DNA of 64,000 nucleotides from an uncultured Alphaproteobacteria bacterium (GCA_943788635.1 CALSRA010000003.1:31203-95202), one strand, 5' to 3'; positions 39,785 to 54,076 are shown, counted from the first letter of the stretch. Made by a program: numbers and translations. The notes: generated by a model not told the origin, from the sequence alone.

Positions 39785-40684
39785 TCACCCGGCTTCGCGC
39801 TGGCGATCCTCGAACGTATCGAAGAAGCGGCGGCCCGTGTCCTTCTGATTCTCGTAGATGGACCCCTGATGCGGTGCCGGGGGGTAGGGCATGCGTACCG
39901 GCGCTTCGCGAACACGGATTTGTGCCGGTGGGCGGCCCAGAACGATCCTTGAATCATATTCGGCTGCCGGTGTCTTCGGGCCGACCAGGGGCCAGGCGTC
40001 GGCGGCGGCATACTCCCATAGCAGCAGGCGGCGCTGCCGGTTGGATGTATTCATCGCTGAACCATGGACAAGGCGCACATGGTGGATGGTCATAGAGCCC
40101 GCCTTGCCGGTCAGCGGGACAGCCTTTGAATAATCGAGCGATGTCATCGCCGGGTTCATTGCGCCACAGAAATGGCCTTCATGGTGGTGGTCGTAGGTCG
40201 GTCCTTTATGGGTTCCGGGCATGACCATCAACGGACCATTGGATTCGTCGCAATCGTCGAGCAGGATGCCGGTTGCGAGGACATCGTCATTGGTGTGCGG
40301 ATAGAATGCCCAGTCCTGATGCCATTCGACGGGCGCACCGTAACCGGCGGATTTCATGTTCATTTTGCCGCCATAGAACCGGATGTCGGGCCCGAGTAGC
40401 GAGACCAGCGGTGTCAGGATATCCGGGTCCCGCGCCAGGCCCTCGAAATACCTGAAATGCTCAAAGGGGTTCTTGATGCGGCGAACGCGCGGGTTGGACG
40501 GGGTGTGACTGTCTTCCAGGTCGTAGACGTCATCGTTCGCCGTGACGGCGCTGGCGCCGGCGATGACTGCTTCGGTCTCGCGGCGCAATTCGGCGAGTTT
40601 TTCCCCGGACAAGACATTCTCAACGACGAGATAACCGTTCTCGTTATACGATTTTATCTGCGCGTCTGTGAGGGTTATCGGCAT
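39785..40684 (-). CDS. Phytanoyl-CoA dioxygenase (PhyH) family 2OG-Fe(II) oxygenase
   Basis: ENGYLVV, WHQD, NGPL..PGTH and HHVRLVHGS motifs. Confidence 0.9.
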   Translation of the reverse strand: MPITLTDAQIKSYNENGYLVVENVLSGEKLAELRRETEAVIAGASAVTANDDVYDLEDSHTPSNPRVRRIKNPFEHFRYFEGLARDPDILTPLVSLLGPDIRFYGGKMNMKSAGYGAPVEWHQDWAFYPHTNDDVLATGILLDDCDESNGPLMVMPGTHKGPTYDHHHEGHFCGAMNPAMTSLDYSKAVPLTGKAGSMTIHHVRLVHGSAMNTSNRQRRLLLWEYAAADAWPLVGPKTPAAEYDSRIVLGRPPAQIRVREAPVRMPYPPAPHQGSIYENQKDTGRRFFDTFEDRQREAG

Positions 40685-40851
40685 ATTGTGTCCTCCCAAA
40701 GGAAACTCGCTCAATTATTAGCGTAGCGTGCTCGTTTGGAGGCTGCAAGGTAACCCCGCAAAGGCAGTGGCAATAAGGCTTCACCTTAAGGTTTTGCTAA
40801 ACTATTAGGCATACTGATCCGTGCAGAGACTTCATTATTAAAGGTAGGTCG

Positions 40852-42723
40852 ATGGCACGAGTTTCTCAGGAAGAAGCACGACGGCGCGCGGATCTGGAAG
40901 GTCAGATTGCGGCTATCAACAAGTCGCAGGCAGTCATTGAATTTGAACTCGACGGCACCATCCTCGATGCCAACGACAATTTCTGCAAAACGCTCGGTTA
41001 CACAATCGAGGAGATCAAGGGCAAGCACCACAGCATGTTTGCCGAGGGTGCCTTTGCGAGCAGCCCGGAATATGAACAGTTCTGGGCAAAGCTGCGCAGT
41101 GGCGAATATCAGGCCGGTGAATACAAGCGTATCGGCAAGGGCGGCAAGGAAGTCTGGATCCAGGCGTCCTACAACCCGATCCTGGATGCGGATGGCAAAC
41201 CCTTCAAGGTCGTGAAATATGCGACCGACATCACGAAAGAGACGATCGAGGCGGCAGACTTCAGGGGCCAGATCGCCGCGGTAAACAAGGCTCAGGCGGT
41301 GATCCAGTTTGAACTGGACGGTACGATTATCGACGCCAACGAAAACTTCCTCAGCACATTGGGGTACTCACTGGCCGAAGTGCAGGGCAAGCATCACAGC
41401 ATGTTTGCGGAACCGCAATTCGCGGAGAGTGACGAATACAAGAATTTTTGGGAAGCGCTGCGTCGCGGCGAATACCAGGCCGGTGAATACAGACGTATCG
41501 GCAAGGGCGGCAAGGAAGTCTGGATCCAGGCGTCCTACAACCCGATCATGGGGCCCGACGGAACGCCATTCAAGGTCGTGAAATACGCCACCGATATTAC
41601 GCAGCAAACCATCGACAATGCTGATTTCCGGGGGCAGATCGAAGCAATCGGTATGTCACAGGCTGTCATTTCGTTCAAACTGGACGGCACAATCCTTGAT
41701 GCCAACAAGAACTTCCTTGGAGCGCTGGGCTATTCGCTTGATGAGATCAAGGGCCAGCATCACAAGATGTTTGTCGAGCCGGCATATTCGGGCACAGCGG
41801 AATACGAACAGTTCTGGACCAAATTGCGGAATGGCGAGTATCAGTCCGGCGAATACAAACGTATTGGCAAGGGGGGTAAGGAGATCTGGATCCAGGCGTC
41901 CTACAACCCGATCATGGGGCCCGACGGTAAGGCTTTCAAGGTCGTGAAATACGCGACCGATGTTACGGCGACGGTCCTGGAGCGCCAGGAAGGTGAACGG
42001 GTTGGCAAGCTCGTCGACGAAAACCTCGGCAAGATTGTCGATGCCGTCGGCAATGCCAATATGCAGTCTTCCACGGCGGCCGATACTTCCAGCAAGGCAG
42101 CGCAAACCGTGCAATCGGTTGCCGCTGCAGCAGAAGAATTCGAGGCGTCGGCACGTGAGATTTCACGGAGCATGGTCGCGTCGAAGAACGAGGTCGACAA
42201 GGTGCTGAGTGAGACGGTTGCAGCGGATGCCTCGACGCAGAAGCTTTCCACCGCGGCTGAGGAAATGACCAGTATCGTCGAGATGATTCAGAATGTCGCC
42301 GGGCAGATTAACCTGCTGGCACTGAATGCGACGATTGAATCTGCGCGCGCCGGTGAAGCCGGTCGGGGGTTTGCGGTTGTCGCCTCTGAAGTGAAATCGC
42401 TGGCCAACCAGGTCGCGCAGGCGACCGAAAAGATCGGTACCGAGATTTCCGGCATGCAGAGCATCGCGTCCGATGTCGTGGGACGCCTGCAGGGTATTCG
42501 TTCAGCTGTCGACTCCGTCGAAGCCAGTGTCAGTGGCGTCGCATCGGCGGTCGAGGAACAGAGCGCGACCAGTCAGGAAATCACAAGCAACATGCAGACC
42601 GCCTCGAGCGCGGTTCAGGAAATCAACGAAAACCTGACAAGCATCGCGTCGGCTGTCGAGGAAGCGAACGGTTACGCCAAGGAAGGTACGGAGATGTACC
42701 GCAGCCTGCAAAAAACCGGATAA
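40852..42723 (+). CDS. Soluble chemoreceptor with three PAS/PAC domains (BdlA-like)
   Basis: Three copies of SQAVIEF...GKHHSMF...FW..LR.GEYQ...WIQASYNPI...KVVKYATD, then [17 protein letters not shown]. Confidence 0.93.
   Translation: MARVSQEEARRRADLEGQIAAINKSQAVIEFELDGTILDANDNFCKTLGYTIEEIKGKHHSMFAEGAFASSPEYEQFWAKLRSGEYQAGEYKRIGKGGKEVWIQASYNPILDADGKPFKVVKYATDITKETIEAADFRGQIAAVNKAQAVIQFELDGTIIDANENFLSTLGYSLAEVQGKHHSMFAEPQFAESDEYKNFWEALRRGEYQAGEYRRIGKGGKEVWIQASYNPIMGPDGTPFKVVKYATDITQQTIDNADFRGQIEAIGMSQAVISFKLDGTILDANKNFLGALGYSLDEIKGQHHKMFVEPAYSGTAEYEQFWTKLRNGEYQSGEYKRIGKGGKEIWIQASYNPIMGPDGKAFKVVKYATDVTATVLERQEGERVGKLVDENLGKIVDAVGNANMQSSTAADTSSKAAQTVQSVAAAAEEFEASAREISRSMVASKNEVDKVLSETVAADASTQKLSTAAEEMTSIVEMIQNVAGQINLLALNATIESARAGEAGRGFAVVASEVKSLANQVAQATEKIGTEISGMQSIASDVVGRLQGIRSAVDSVEASVSGVASAVEEQSATSQEITSNMQTASSAVQEINENLTSIASAVEEANGYAKEGTEMYRSLQKTG
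40890..41965 (+). repeat. Three intragenic 366-bp PAS repeats with high nucleotide identity
   Basis: TCTGGATCCAGGCGTCCTACAACCCGATC recurs exactly at a 366-bp period (about 41153, 41519, 41885). Confidence 0.85.
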
Positions 42724-42758
42724 ATTCCGCCGGTTTTTCGAGTATCTGGTCCGGCAGC

Positions 42759-42790
42759 GGCCCGGCGCCTCAGCAGGGGCGTCGGGCCTT
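42759..42790. terminator. GC-rich hairpin between convergent genes
   Basis: GGCCCGGCGCC...GGCGTCGGGCC stem. Confidence 0.6.
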
Positions 42791-42814
42791 GTCTATTGGC
42801 CGTATCTTTTTGGA

Positions 42815-43825
42815 TCAGGTTGTCCGGGGCTTGCGGCCCATCGGGGGATGGCGGTTCCAGTTGAAGCCGGGGACTGCCGGGTGCCCGACGGCAACCAGAC
42901 TATCCACGAAGGCCTCGTCTTCCGCCGTGAATTCGTGTTTCAGCGCGTCGATATAGGATTTCCACTGCTGAAGCGTACGTGGTCCGGCGATGACGCTGGT
43001 GACGACCTTGTTGTTCAGCACCCACAATGTGGCGAATTCCGCCGGGGTCATGCCGCGTTTGGCAATATGCTTCTTGATCGCCTCGACCACCGCGTACACT
43101 TCGGGCCGCAGGTCGCGATTGAGGATGCTGGAATCGCCGCGTCCGGCACGGCTGTTTGCGGGCGGTTTCTTGCCCTGTTCGTATTTCCCGGTCAGTGCGC
43201 CCCGGGCCAGTGGCGAAAACGGGGCCACACCGATGCCGAAATGCTCGCAGGCAGGCAGGTGGTCGTTCTCCGGTTGCCGCATGACCAGGTTGTACATGGG
43301 CTGGCTGACGACGGGATAGGGCGTTCCCGTCTGATCGCACAAGCGGATGATCTCCGCCACTTCCCAGCCGTAATGGTTGGAAAATCCCCAATAGGTGGCC
43401 TTGCCGCTGGCGAGGACGTCGCGCATGGCGGTAACGCTTTCGATCAGCGGCGTGTCGCGGTCGCGGTGATGCATGTAGTAGATATCGACATAATCCGTCG
43501 CGAGCCGTTTCAGGCTGGCGTCGATGCCTTCCATAATCCATTTCCGCGACAAGCCGCGCTTGCGTTCGGGCGGGCCGTCCTGCTGCCCGACCTTGGTCGC
43601 GAGGACCCAGTTGGCGCGGTCCTTCCGAAGCAGCTTGCCAAGGGCGGTTTCCGCCTTGCCGCCTGAATAGGCATCGGCGCAATCAATGAAATTGACCTGA
43701 TTGTCGCGCGCCATGTTGACGATTTTGGCCGCGGTCGCATCGGTCATGCTGCTGCCGAAATCCATTGTACCGAGGCAGATTGTCGAGACCCGTAATCCGC
43801 TGTTGCCGAGATAACGAAATTCCAT
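42815..43825 (-). CDS. Aldo/keto reductase
   Basis: LGNSGLRVS, CLGTM, D.AD.Y, ATK, SLKRLATDYVDIYYMH and FSPLARG motifs. Confidence 0.93.
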   Translation of the reverse strand: MEFRYLGNSGLRVSTICLGTMDFGSSMTDATAAKIVNMARDNQVNFIDCADAYSGGKAETALGKLLRKDRANWVLATKVGQQDGPPERKRGLSRKWIMEGIDASLKRLATDYVDIYYMHHRDRDTPLIESVTAMRDVLASGKATYWGFSNHYGWEVAEIIRLCDQTGTPYPVVSQPMYNLVMRQPENDHLPACEHFGIGVAPFSPLARGALTGKYEQGKKPPANSRAGRGDSSILNRDLRPEVYAVVEAIKKHIAKRGMTPAEFATLWVLNNKVVTSVIAGPRTLQQWKSYIDALKHEFTAEDEAFVDSLVAVGHPAVPGFNWNRHPPMGRKPRTT

Positions 43826-43985
43826 GTTTTCCCCCGTTCCCTGTCGTTATTTTCTGAACCTGCAAGCAATCATAGCCGAACGGGTGGAAGAAAAACCGAA
43901 AAACGATATTCACCTACCCGTACCATCCGGCTTGTCGGGGAAGGCGCCGGCGGGCAGCATGGATATCTGAAGAAACGGGGATGAC

Positions 43986-45698
43986 ATGACATATGACTAT
44001 ATAATCGTCGGCGGCGGCTCGGCTGGTTCCGTTCTGGCGAACCGTCTTTCCGCACGCAGCGCCAACAAGGTCCTTTTGTGCGAGGCGGGACCCGATACCC
44101 CGCATGGCAAGGTGCCGGATGTCATTCTCGACAGTTATCCGGGCATGGCCTATCTGGACAAGCGCTTCCAGTGGCATGGGCTGAAGGTGACGACGGAGGT
44201 TATTCCCCACAATAATCCGAACGAGAATCGCCCGCGGCAGGTTCATTACGAACAGGCGCGTGTGTTGGGTGGTGGCTCCTCCATCAACGGGCAACTGGCC
44301 AATCGCGGCGCGCCAACCGATTACGATGAATGGGAGGAGCGGGGCGCCCGTGGCTGGGGCTGGGAATCCGTGTTGCCGTATTTTCGCAAGGTCGAGCGCG
44401 ATATGGATTTCCCCGATGACCAGCGCCATCACGGTACCGAGGGGCGGATTCCGGTGCGTCGGATTTTTCCCGATTCCTGGAACGAACATACAAAGGGCGC
44501 GGGCAAGGCATTCGAGAATGCGGGTTTCGAGTTTCTACCGGACCAGAATGGCGAATTCCGCGACGGCTATTTTCCGTCAACGATGTCGAACCTTTATGAA
44601 CGCCGGGTTTCGGCGGCAATAGGCTATCTTGATCCCGGGACGCGGCTGCGCGAAAACCTGACGATTTCCACCGGTACGACGGTGAAGGAATTGCTGTTCG
44701 ACGGGACGCGCTGCAACGGCGTGAAGGCGCTGGTGAATGGCAAGGAAACGGAATTCCGCGCCAATGAGGTCATTGTGTCGATGGGGGCGATCCATTCGCC
44801 GGCGCAATTACTGCGTGCCGGAATCGGCCCGGCGATGCATTTGCGCGACAGGGGGATTGCGGTTCGCGCCAATCGCGCCGGGGTGGGGCAGCGGTTGATG
44901 GACCATCCGATGATTGCGGTGGCGTCGTTCCTGAAGCCGCATGCGCGGATGGATGGCACGACCCGTCGGCAGGTGCTGGCGGCGCTGCGCTATTCGTCGG
45001 GTATCGGCGGGGCCCCGGCGGGTGACATGTTTACCGCGGTGCTGAACAAGTCCGCCTGGCATGCGGTTGGTGACCAGATCGCGTCGATGGTGCTGTTCGT
45101 TAACAAGACTTTTTCCGAAACCGGACAGGTCCAGTTGCAGGACCCGGACTGGCGGACCGAACCGAGTGTCGAATTTAACCTGTTGTCCGACCGGCGCGAC
45201 CTGGAACGCATGATGCAAGGATTCCGGATGCTGGCGAAGATGCACAAGGACCCGGCATTGCAGGCGGTGATCAGTGACGCCTTTCCGGCAAGTTACAGCG
45301 ACAAGGTCCGCCAGATCGGCATGGTCAACCGGAAGAACAAACTGCTGACCGGTGTCATGGCCAGGCTTCTGGACGGGCCGGATACCCTGCGGAAATTCCT
45401 GATGAAAACCTTCATCATGGAAGGCGACACGATTGACGGGTTGCTGGCGGATGACGACCGGCTGGAAGCGTTTGTCCGCCGCGCGGCTGTCGGTGTATGG
45501 CACGCGTCGTGTTCGTGCCGTATGGGGGCGGAGAACGACCCGATGGCGGTCGCTGACAATGCCGGGCGGGTTTATGGCGTCCAGGGATTGCGGGTTGTCG
45601 ATGCCTCGCTGTTTCCGGTGGTGCCCTGCGCCAATACCAACTTCCCGACCTTCATGACGGCGGAAAAGATCTCGGACATGATCCTGGCGGGCGATTAG
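43986..45698 (+). CDS. GMC family FAD oxidoreductase
   Basis: YDYIIVGGGSAG, LGGGSSING, WHASCSCRMG, GLRVVDAS and ANTNFPT motifs. Confidence 0.93.
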   Translation: MTYDYIIVGGGSAGSVLANRLSARSANKVLLCEAGPDTPHGKVPDVILDSYPGMAYLDKRFQWHGLKVTTEVIPHNNPNENRPRQVHYEQARVLGGGSSINGQLANRGAPTDYDEWEERGARGWGWESVLPYFRKVERDMDFPDDQRHHGTEGRIPVRRIFPDSWNEHTKGAGKAFENAGFEFLPDQNGEFRDGYFPSTMSNLYERRVSAAIGYLDPGTRLRENLTISTGTTVKELLFDGTRCNGVKALVNGKETEFRANEVIVSMGAIHSPAQLLRAGIGPAMHLRDRGIAVRANRAGVGQRLMDHPMIAVASFLKPHARMDGTTRRQVLAALRYSSGIGGAPAGDMFTAVLNKSAWHAVGDQIASMVLFVNKTFSETGQVQLQDPDWRTEPSVEFNLLSDRRDLERMMQGFRMLAKMHKDPALQAVISDAFPASYSDKVRQIGMVNRKNKLLTGVMARLLDGPDTLRKFLMKTFIMEGDTIDGLLADDDRLEAFVRRAAVGVWHASCSCRMGAENDPMAVADNAGRVYGVQGLRVVDASLFPVVPCANTNFPTFMTAEKISDMILAGD

Positions 45699-46576
45699 GA
45701 CGGGATTCGGGCGCGGCGGGCGTGCTGTTCGCGCCACAACACGTATAGCCCGCTGCAGACGATGATGACGGTCCCGGTCAAGACGTGCAGTCCCGGGATG
45801 TGGCCGAACAGGTAATAGCCCAGGATCGTCGCCCAGATCAGCTTGGTGTAATTGAACGGTGCGAGCAGGGAAACGGGCGCGCCTTCGGCAGCGCGGATCA
45901 TCATGAAATGGGCGGCGACGCCAAGCAATCCGATACCGAAAAACATTGCCACGAACGCCGGTGTCAGCGGTATCCAGACAAAGCCGACAATCAGGCTGGA
46001 CCATAACAGGCTGCCGGCCCCGGTATAAAACAGGGCAACAAGGGTGGGCTCCGTGCTGCTCAGTTTGCGGGTGATGATCTGGAAGGACGCGAATGCGAAG
46101 GCCGATATCGCGGGCATGACAACGGCCCAGTGCATGGATCCGCTGGGCTTGATCACGATCAGGACGCCGACCAGCCCGACAAGTACGGCAGACCAGCGAT
46201 GCAGCCCGACCTTTTCGCCGAGAACGGGGATCGACAGGACCGTGATGATGAACGGCGAGGCAAACGTGATGGCGATTGTGTCCGCCATCGGCAGGTAGGC
46301 CAGGCCCAGGAATAACGAGCAGATACTGGTCACGATGGTGGCCGACCGCAGCATGTGCAGACCGACACGCTGTGAATTGTAGAGCTTGCGCAGCGGGATT
46401 CGTTTCATCGCGGCAAACACGAGGATGTAGACCGTCATTGCCAGGAAGTAGCCCCAGGTGACCTGGAAGGCGTGCATTTCATCCGAATAGACTTTCGCCA
46501 CGGCATTGATGATCGCCGTCAGCGCATTCGCGAAGACGAATAACGCGATACCGAAGAAAGGCCGGTCTAACGCCAT
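45695..46576 (-). CDS. DMT/EamA family transporter
   Basis: About ten TM helices, LGEKVGLHRW and LAPFNY. Confidence 0.9.
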   Translation of the reverse strand: MALDRPFFGIALFVFANALTAIINAVAKVYSDEMHAFQVTWGYFLAMTVYILVFAAMKRIPLRKLYNSQRVGLHMLRSATIVTSICSLFLGLAYLPMADTIAITFASPFIITVLSIPVLGEKVGLHRWSAVLVGLVGVLIVIKPSGSMHWAVVMPAISAFAFASFQIITRKLSSTEPTLVALFYTGAGSLLWSSLIVGFVWIPLTPAFVAMFFGIGLLGVAAHFMMIRAAEGAPVSLLAPFNYTKLIWATILGYYLFGHIPGLHVLTGTVIIVCSGLYVLWREQHARRARIPS

Positions 46577-46693
46577 GTGTGCGGGGCTGCCTGAAATTTT
46601 GGAAAACGCGGCTGGAGATATCGCTGAGGGCAGTCTAGCCCCAATCCGATGAAATCCATAGCCGCCGCGATGTTTTGCCCAGTTTGATGTTGC

Positions 46694-46713
46694 AATTAAG
46701 AATAAGTCGCAAT
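46694..46713 (+). promoter_or_regulatory. Fur-like box upstream of a hypothetical gene
   Basis: AATTAAGAATAAGTCGCAAT; right arm matches the TGCGA.T-n-A.TCGCA alphaproteobacterial Fur-type palindrome. Confidence 0.5.
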
Positions 46714-46792
46714 ATCGTTATATGATGCGCCGCTGCAGCGAATAGCGCAGTCCCGGTTGCCTTGAACGATATCGCCATAAAGGAGCATTGCG

Positions 46793-47314
46793 TTGCCGCC
46801 TGATTTTGCAGAAACCGCGACTAATTCCTGTCCCGAAACGACGACCGAACTGGATGTGGCGGAGCGCTTTGTCGTTCGTTCATTCCGGCGCTGGGTGGTT
46901 GGTCTTCGCCACAACGACGGGGGCCACTGGAAACAGGTCTGGGGCGATTTTGCCAGCCAGTTCGGTGACACTGACGGAAAGGCCGCATTGTCCGGTTTCG
47001 CCCGCCTGATCCAGTCGCTGCAATCCTATGCCCGGCGCGGCATTTCCTATCACCAGCCTTGTTGCCCCTGTTTGAGTGCGGATGAGATCAGCATCACCAA
47101 CCTGGTGGCGGCGTGTCAGGGGCGCCACCTGTCACATGCGCACGCGCTCGCGGAGTGGCTGGTGCAGCCGGATGGCATTGGCGACCTGTTGGATGCGGCA
47201 TCGCAGCTCGCACATTTCATGGAATCCCACGGCCTGTTGTTCCCGGTCCGGGCCAATTTGCCGGAACAACCTCTGTCCGGCGATGCCGGGCTGCGCTGTG
47301 TAACGGTGCATTGA
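46793..47314 (+). CDS. Hypothetical protein with a HQPCCPCLSADE Cys cluster
   Basis: AAGGAG RBS before TTG; 173-aa ORF filling the intergenic gap. Confidence 0.7.
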   Translation: MPPDFAETATNSCPETTTELDVAERFVVRSFRRWVVGLRHNDGGHWKQVWGDFASQFGDTDGKAALSGFARLIQSLQSYARRGISYHQPCCPCLSADEISITNLVAACQGRHLSHAHALAEWLVQPDGIGDLLDAASQLAHFMESHGLLFPVRANLPEQPLSGDAGLRCVTVH

Positions 47315-47534
47315 CCGGGAAGGCGCCGGGTATATTTGCCACGGTTCCTATCCTCAACGCTTATGCTCTATAATCGGTCCTGCCGGAACCGCGGGGTCGT
47401 TCCGGCATCGTCATTCCCGAAATGTCAGCATGGAACCGGATAACAGCGGGCCTGCGGCGCTGTTCGGAAAATGCGTGTTGATTAGAAGCATCTGGTACGA
47501 GGCAAGGCGTCGTTAGATCGCCAGGAAACGAAGA

Positions 47535-48941
47535 ATGGTCACGGCTACGCCACAGAAAACAGTCCCGAAAGTTATCGCCGGCGGTGCCGCTCTTTTCGGC
47601 GGGGCGCTTTTGTTCCTGCCGGTCTTCGACGGCATGCCCCTCATGGCGCAACAGGCCCTGGGCCTCGTTGTGATCTGCGCCTCGCTCTGGGCGACGGAAG
47701 TGGTGCCGGCGCATCTGGCGAGTTTCATCTTTTTCTTTCTGGCGCTTGTGGTCGGCGGACAGCCGGCTTCGGTCGTGTTCTCGGGTTTTCATTCGGGGGC
47801 GACATGGCTGATCTTCGGCGGCATCGTGCTTGGCTATGCCATCAACAGTACGGGATTGGGCGCGCGGTTTGCGGAAGGCCTGATTTCGCGCCGGGATCAT
47901 GGATATTCCGGTCTGATTATCGGCATCGGTATCGTGGCGTTTCTGCTGGCATTTGTCATGCCGTCGGCGATGGGCCGTGTGGTGCTGCTGGTGCCGATTA
48001 TTTCGGCGCTGGCGGACAAGCTGGGTTATGGGCGCGACAGCAAGGGCCGTGCGGGAATGGTGCTGACAATGGTCTTTGCGACCGCCTTGCCGGCTTGCGC
48101 GATCCTGCCCGCGGCGGTGCCGAATATCATTCTCAGCGGTGCCGCTGAAAGCATATATGGCATCACGTTCCGATATGGCGAATTCCTGTTTTTGCACCTG
48201 ACGGTATTCGGCTCGCTGTCGCTGCTGCTGGTTCTGGGGCTGGGATTGACGCTGTTCCGGGAGGCACCGCCCCGCCGCCTTGTGCCCGAAACCCGAGGGG
48301 CGTTGTCCGGTGTGGAAAAAAGGTTGATGGGCGTTCTGGCCCTGACCCTGCTGTTCTGGGCCACGGATACATTCCACGGCGTTGCGCCCGCCTGGGTCGC
48401 CCTGGGCGCCGCAGTCGTCTGTCTGTTGCCGGTCACGCATCTCGTGCCGGCATCGGTGATGGTTGAGAAAGTGAATTACGGCCCGTGGTTCTTTGTTGCG
48501 GGGATCGTCGGGATGGGGGCGATGGTATCCCATAGCGGGCTGGGCGATTATCTGGGAGAGCACCTGATCCGGTCGATTGGCATCGCGCCGAATCAGGATG
48601 CGTATAACTTCTTTGCAATCATCCTGACCGGTGGGTTTTTATCGCTTGGCGTCAATTATGCCGGTGTTCCCGCGATTCTGTCGCCGCTGATGGGCGACCT
48701 TGCGGCAGCGGCCGGCTGGCCGCTGGAAACCATGCTGATGAATCAGGTCGCAGGCTTCTTTTTCATTCTTATTCCCTACCAGGTAGCGCCTATTTTTACC
48801 GGCATGCTACTGGCGGGAATTCCGCAGCGTTACGGTTTCAGGATGTGCCTGAGCTACACCGCGATCCACCTGCTGGTGGTAACGCCGCTGAACTTCCTGT
48901 GGTGGCGGTCGCTCGGCATGTTTGTCACGCCGGGCAGCTGA
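47535..48941 (+). CDS. SLC13/DASS family permease
   Basis: LWATEVVP, FSGF, MPSAMGR, VPNII and PYQVAP motifs; many TM helices. Confidence 0.87.
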   Translation: MVTATPQKTVPKVIAGGAALFGGALLFLPVFDGMPLMAQQALGLVVICASLWATEVVPAHLASFIFFFLALVVGGQPASVVFSGFHSGATWLIFGGIVLGYAINSTGLGARFAEGLISRRDHGYSGLIIGIGIVAFLLAFVMPSAMGRVVLLVPIISALADKLGYGRDSKGRAGMVLTMVFATALPACAILPAAVPNIILSGAAESIYGITFRYGEFLFLHLTVFGSLSLLLVLGLGLTLFREAPPRRLVPETRGALSGVEKRLMGVLALTLLFWATDTFHGVAPAWVALGAAVVCLLPVTHLVPASVMVEKVNYGPWFFVAGIVGMGAMVSHSGLGDYLGEHLIRSIGIAPNQDAYNFFAIILTGGFLSLGVNYAGVPAILSPLMGDLAAAAGWPLETMLMNQVAGFFFILIPYQVAPIFTGMLLAGIPQRYGFRMCLSYTAIHLLVVTPLNFLWWRSLGMFVTPGS

Positions 48942-48952
48942 AACGAACCGGC

Positions 48953-49417
48953 TTATTCGAACTCGATGACGGCATCGACCTCGACGGGCACGCCAAGGGG
49001 CAACCCGCTGACACCGACCGCAGAGCGGGCGTGCATGCCTTTATCGCCGAAAACATCGGCCATCAGGTCGGACGCACCATTGATCACCTTCGGCTGATCG
49101 GTAAAGCCGGGCACGGCATTCACGAAGCCGTTCAGTTTCACGATCCGCGTGATCCGGTCCAGGTCGCCGATTGCCGCCTTGGCCTGGGCCAGGATATTCA
49201 GGGCACATGTTTTTGCGGCATCAACAGCGTCTTCCATCGAAACCGTGTCGCCGGTCGTGCCGGTATATTTTACCGCGCCGTTCCAAAGGGGGACCTGTCC
49301 GGCAATCCAGACCTGGTTTCCACTGATGACGAATGCGACGTAGTTTGCCACCGGGGCCGCGGCCTCGGGCAGTTCCAGTCCCAGTTCCGCGAGGCGCGCT
49401 TCGATCTGACCAGCCAT
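48953..49417 (-). CDS. RidA family protein
   Basis: PVANYV, AGQVP, NGASDL and HARSAVGV.LP.G.PVEVD motifs. Confidence 0.92.
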   Translation of the reverse strand: MAGQIEARLAELGLELPEAAAPVANYVAFVISGNQVWIAGQVPLWNGAVKYTGTTGDTVSMEDAVDAAKTCALNILAQAKAAIGDLDRITRIVKLNGFVNAVPGFTDQPKVINGASDLMADVFGDKGMHARSAVGVSGLPLGVPVEVDAVIEFE

Positions 49418-49482
49418 TTGTGTTCTCCTGCTATGCTGTTGCCGCGCGAATGTAACTGCCGCCGCCGTGACAATCCATCCTT

Positions 49483-50043
49483 TCAGCCAGCGTTCTTCTG
49501 GCGCTGCTGGACGATACGTCGCTGCAGGCCGTGGTAGGCCTCACGGATATGCTCGTCGAACAGCGGATCTTTGGGGATTGCGATCGCGGCTTCGACGGCA
49601 TCCCAGTCCGCGGCGTTCAGGTGTTCGCGTGCGGCGGGAAATATTTCCGCTTCCTCGATTTTCATATGCCGTCGATAGTGTTCGACGAAGCGCGCACCTG
49701 TATCGGATACAGCGTTAACCGGGCCCCCTTCGATTGCCTTGCTTATTGCGACGGCGAGGGCATTGGTCAGGGCCGACAGCAATTTGTGATCCCGGTCGAT
49801 TTCGACAAGGCGGCCTCTCAGGGCAGGCTTGCGCTGCAGCAGTCTTGCATAGACGGCGTCTTCGGCCGGGTGGTGGTAGTGTTCGGGATAATCGACGCAG
49901 TATTCCAAGGCCAGCACAATCAGTTCGAAATCCGGGCTGGATGCTGATACGGCGTTTCGGCAGAGTTCGGATTCAATCAGGTCAAGAAGCTCGCCCTGAT
50001 TGATATGATCCCTGAGTAAGATACGCAGAGTCTTCGACTCCAT
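49483..50043 (-). CDS. Hemerythrin (HHE) domain protein
   Basis: DH, YPEHYHHPAED, DH and HM..EE..IFP motifs. Confidence 0.85.
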   Translation of the reverse strand: MESKTLRILLRDHINQGELLDLIESELCRNAVSASSPDFELIVLALEYCVDYPEHYHHPAEDAVYARLLQRKPALRGRLVEIDRDHKLLSALTNALAVAISKAIEGGPVNAVSDTGARFVEHYRRHMKIEEAEIFPAAREHLNAADWDAVEAAIAIPKDPLFDEHIREAYHGLQRRIVQQRQKNAG

Positions 50044-50074
50044 AGCGGCTTCCTGTTTTTTCGATGCGGTTTCG

Positions 50075-50106
50075 AAAAAAGTGGGGGCAGCGTTCCGCTA
50101 CCCCCT
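50075..50106 (-). terminator. Intrinsic terminator of nrdJ
   Basis: GGGGGCAGCG-TTC-CGCTACCCCC stem preceded by A6, which is a U-tract on the minus strand. Confidence 0.75.
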
Positions 50107-50144
50107 AGGTCACAGGGAGCTGGATAAGTTTGCTATGACCTACA

Positions 50145-53833
<3,689 letters not shown>

Positions 53834-53979
53834 GAAGCTTTGACCCCGGCCTGTAATTTTGTTGCGTACGTTCTAGTCTTGGGCCGGCTACCGAAAATCG
53901 GCACTGCGTTCTGCGGCTTCTCCCCCGCCCTTGTTCCCTTCAGGATTCCGGTGTCCCGACGGTTAATTTCCACCTTGAG

Positions 53980-54076
53980 ACACCACATGTAGGGAACGCT
54001 GACTATTTCGCCACAACCGCTTGAGTATTGCAACTAGATTTTGCGGTATCTTTGTTTTTCTTGCTACATCTAGTAA
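53980..54076. promoter_or_regulatory. Three NrdR boxes upstream of nrdJ
   Basis: ACACCACATGTAGGGA (53980), CAACTAGATTTTGCGG (54031) and TTGCTACATCTAGTAA (54061) fit the consensus acaCwAtATaTwGtgt. Confidence 0.8.
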
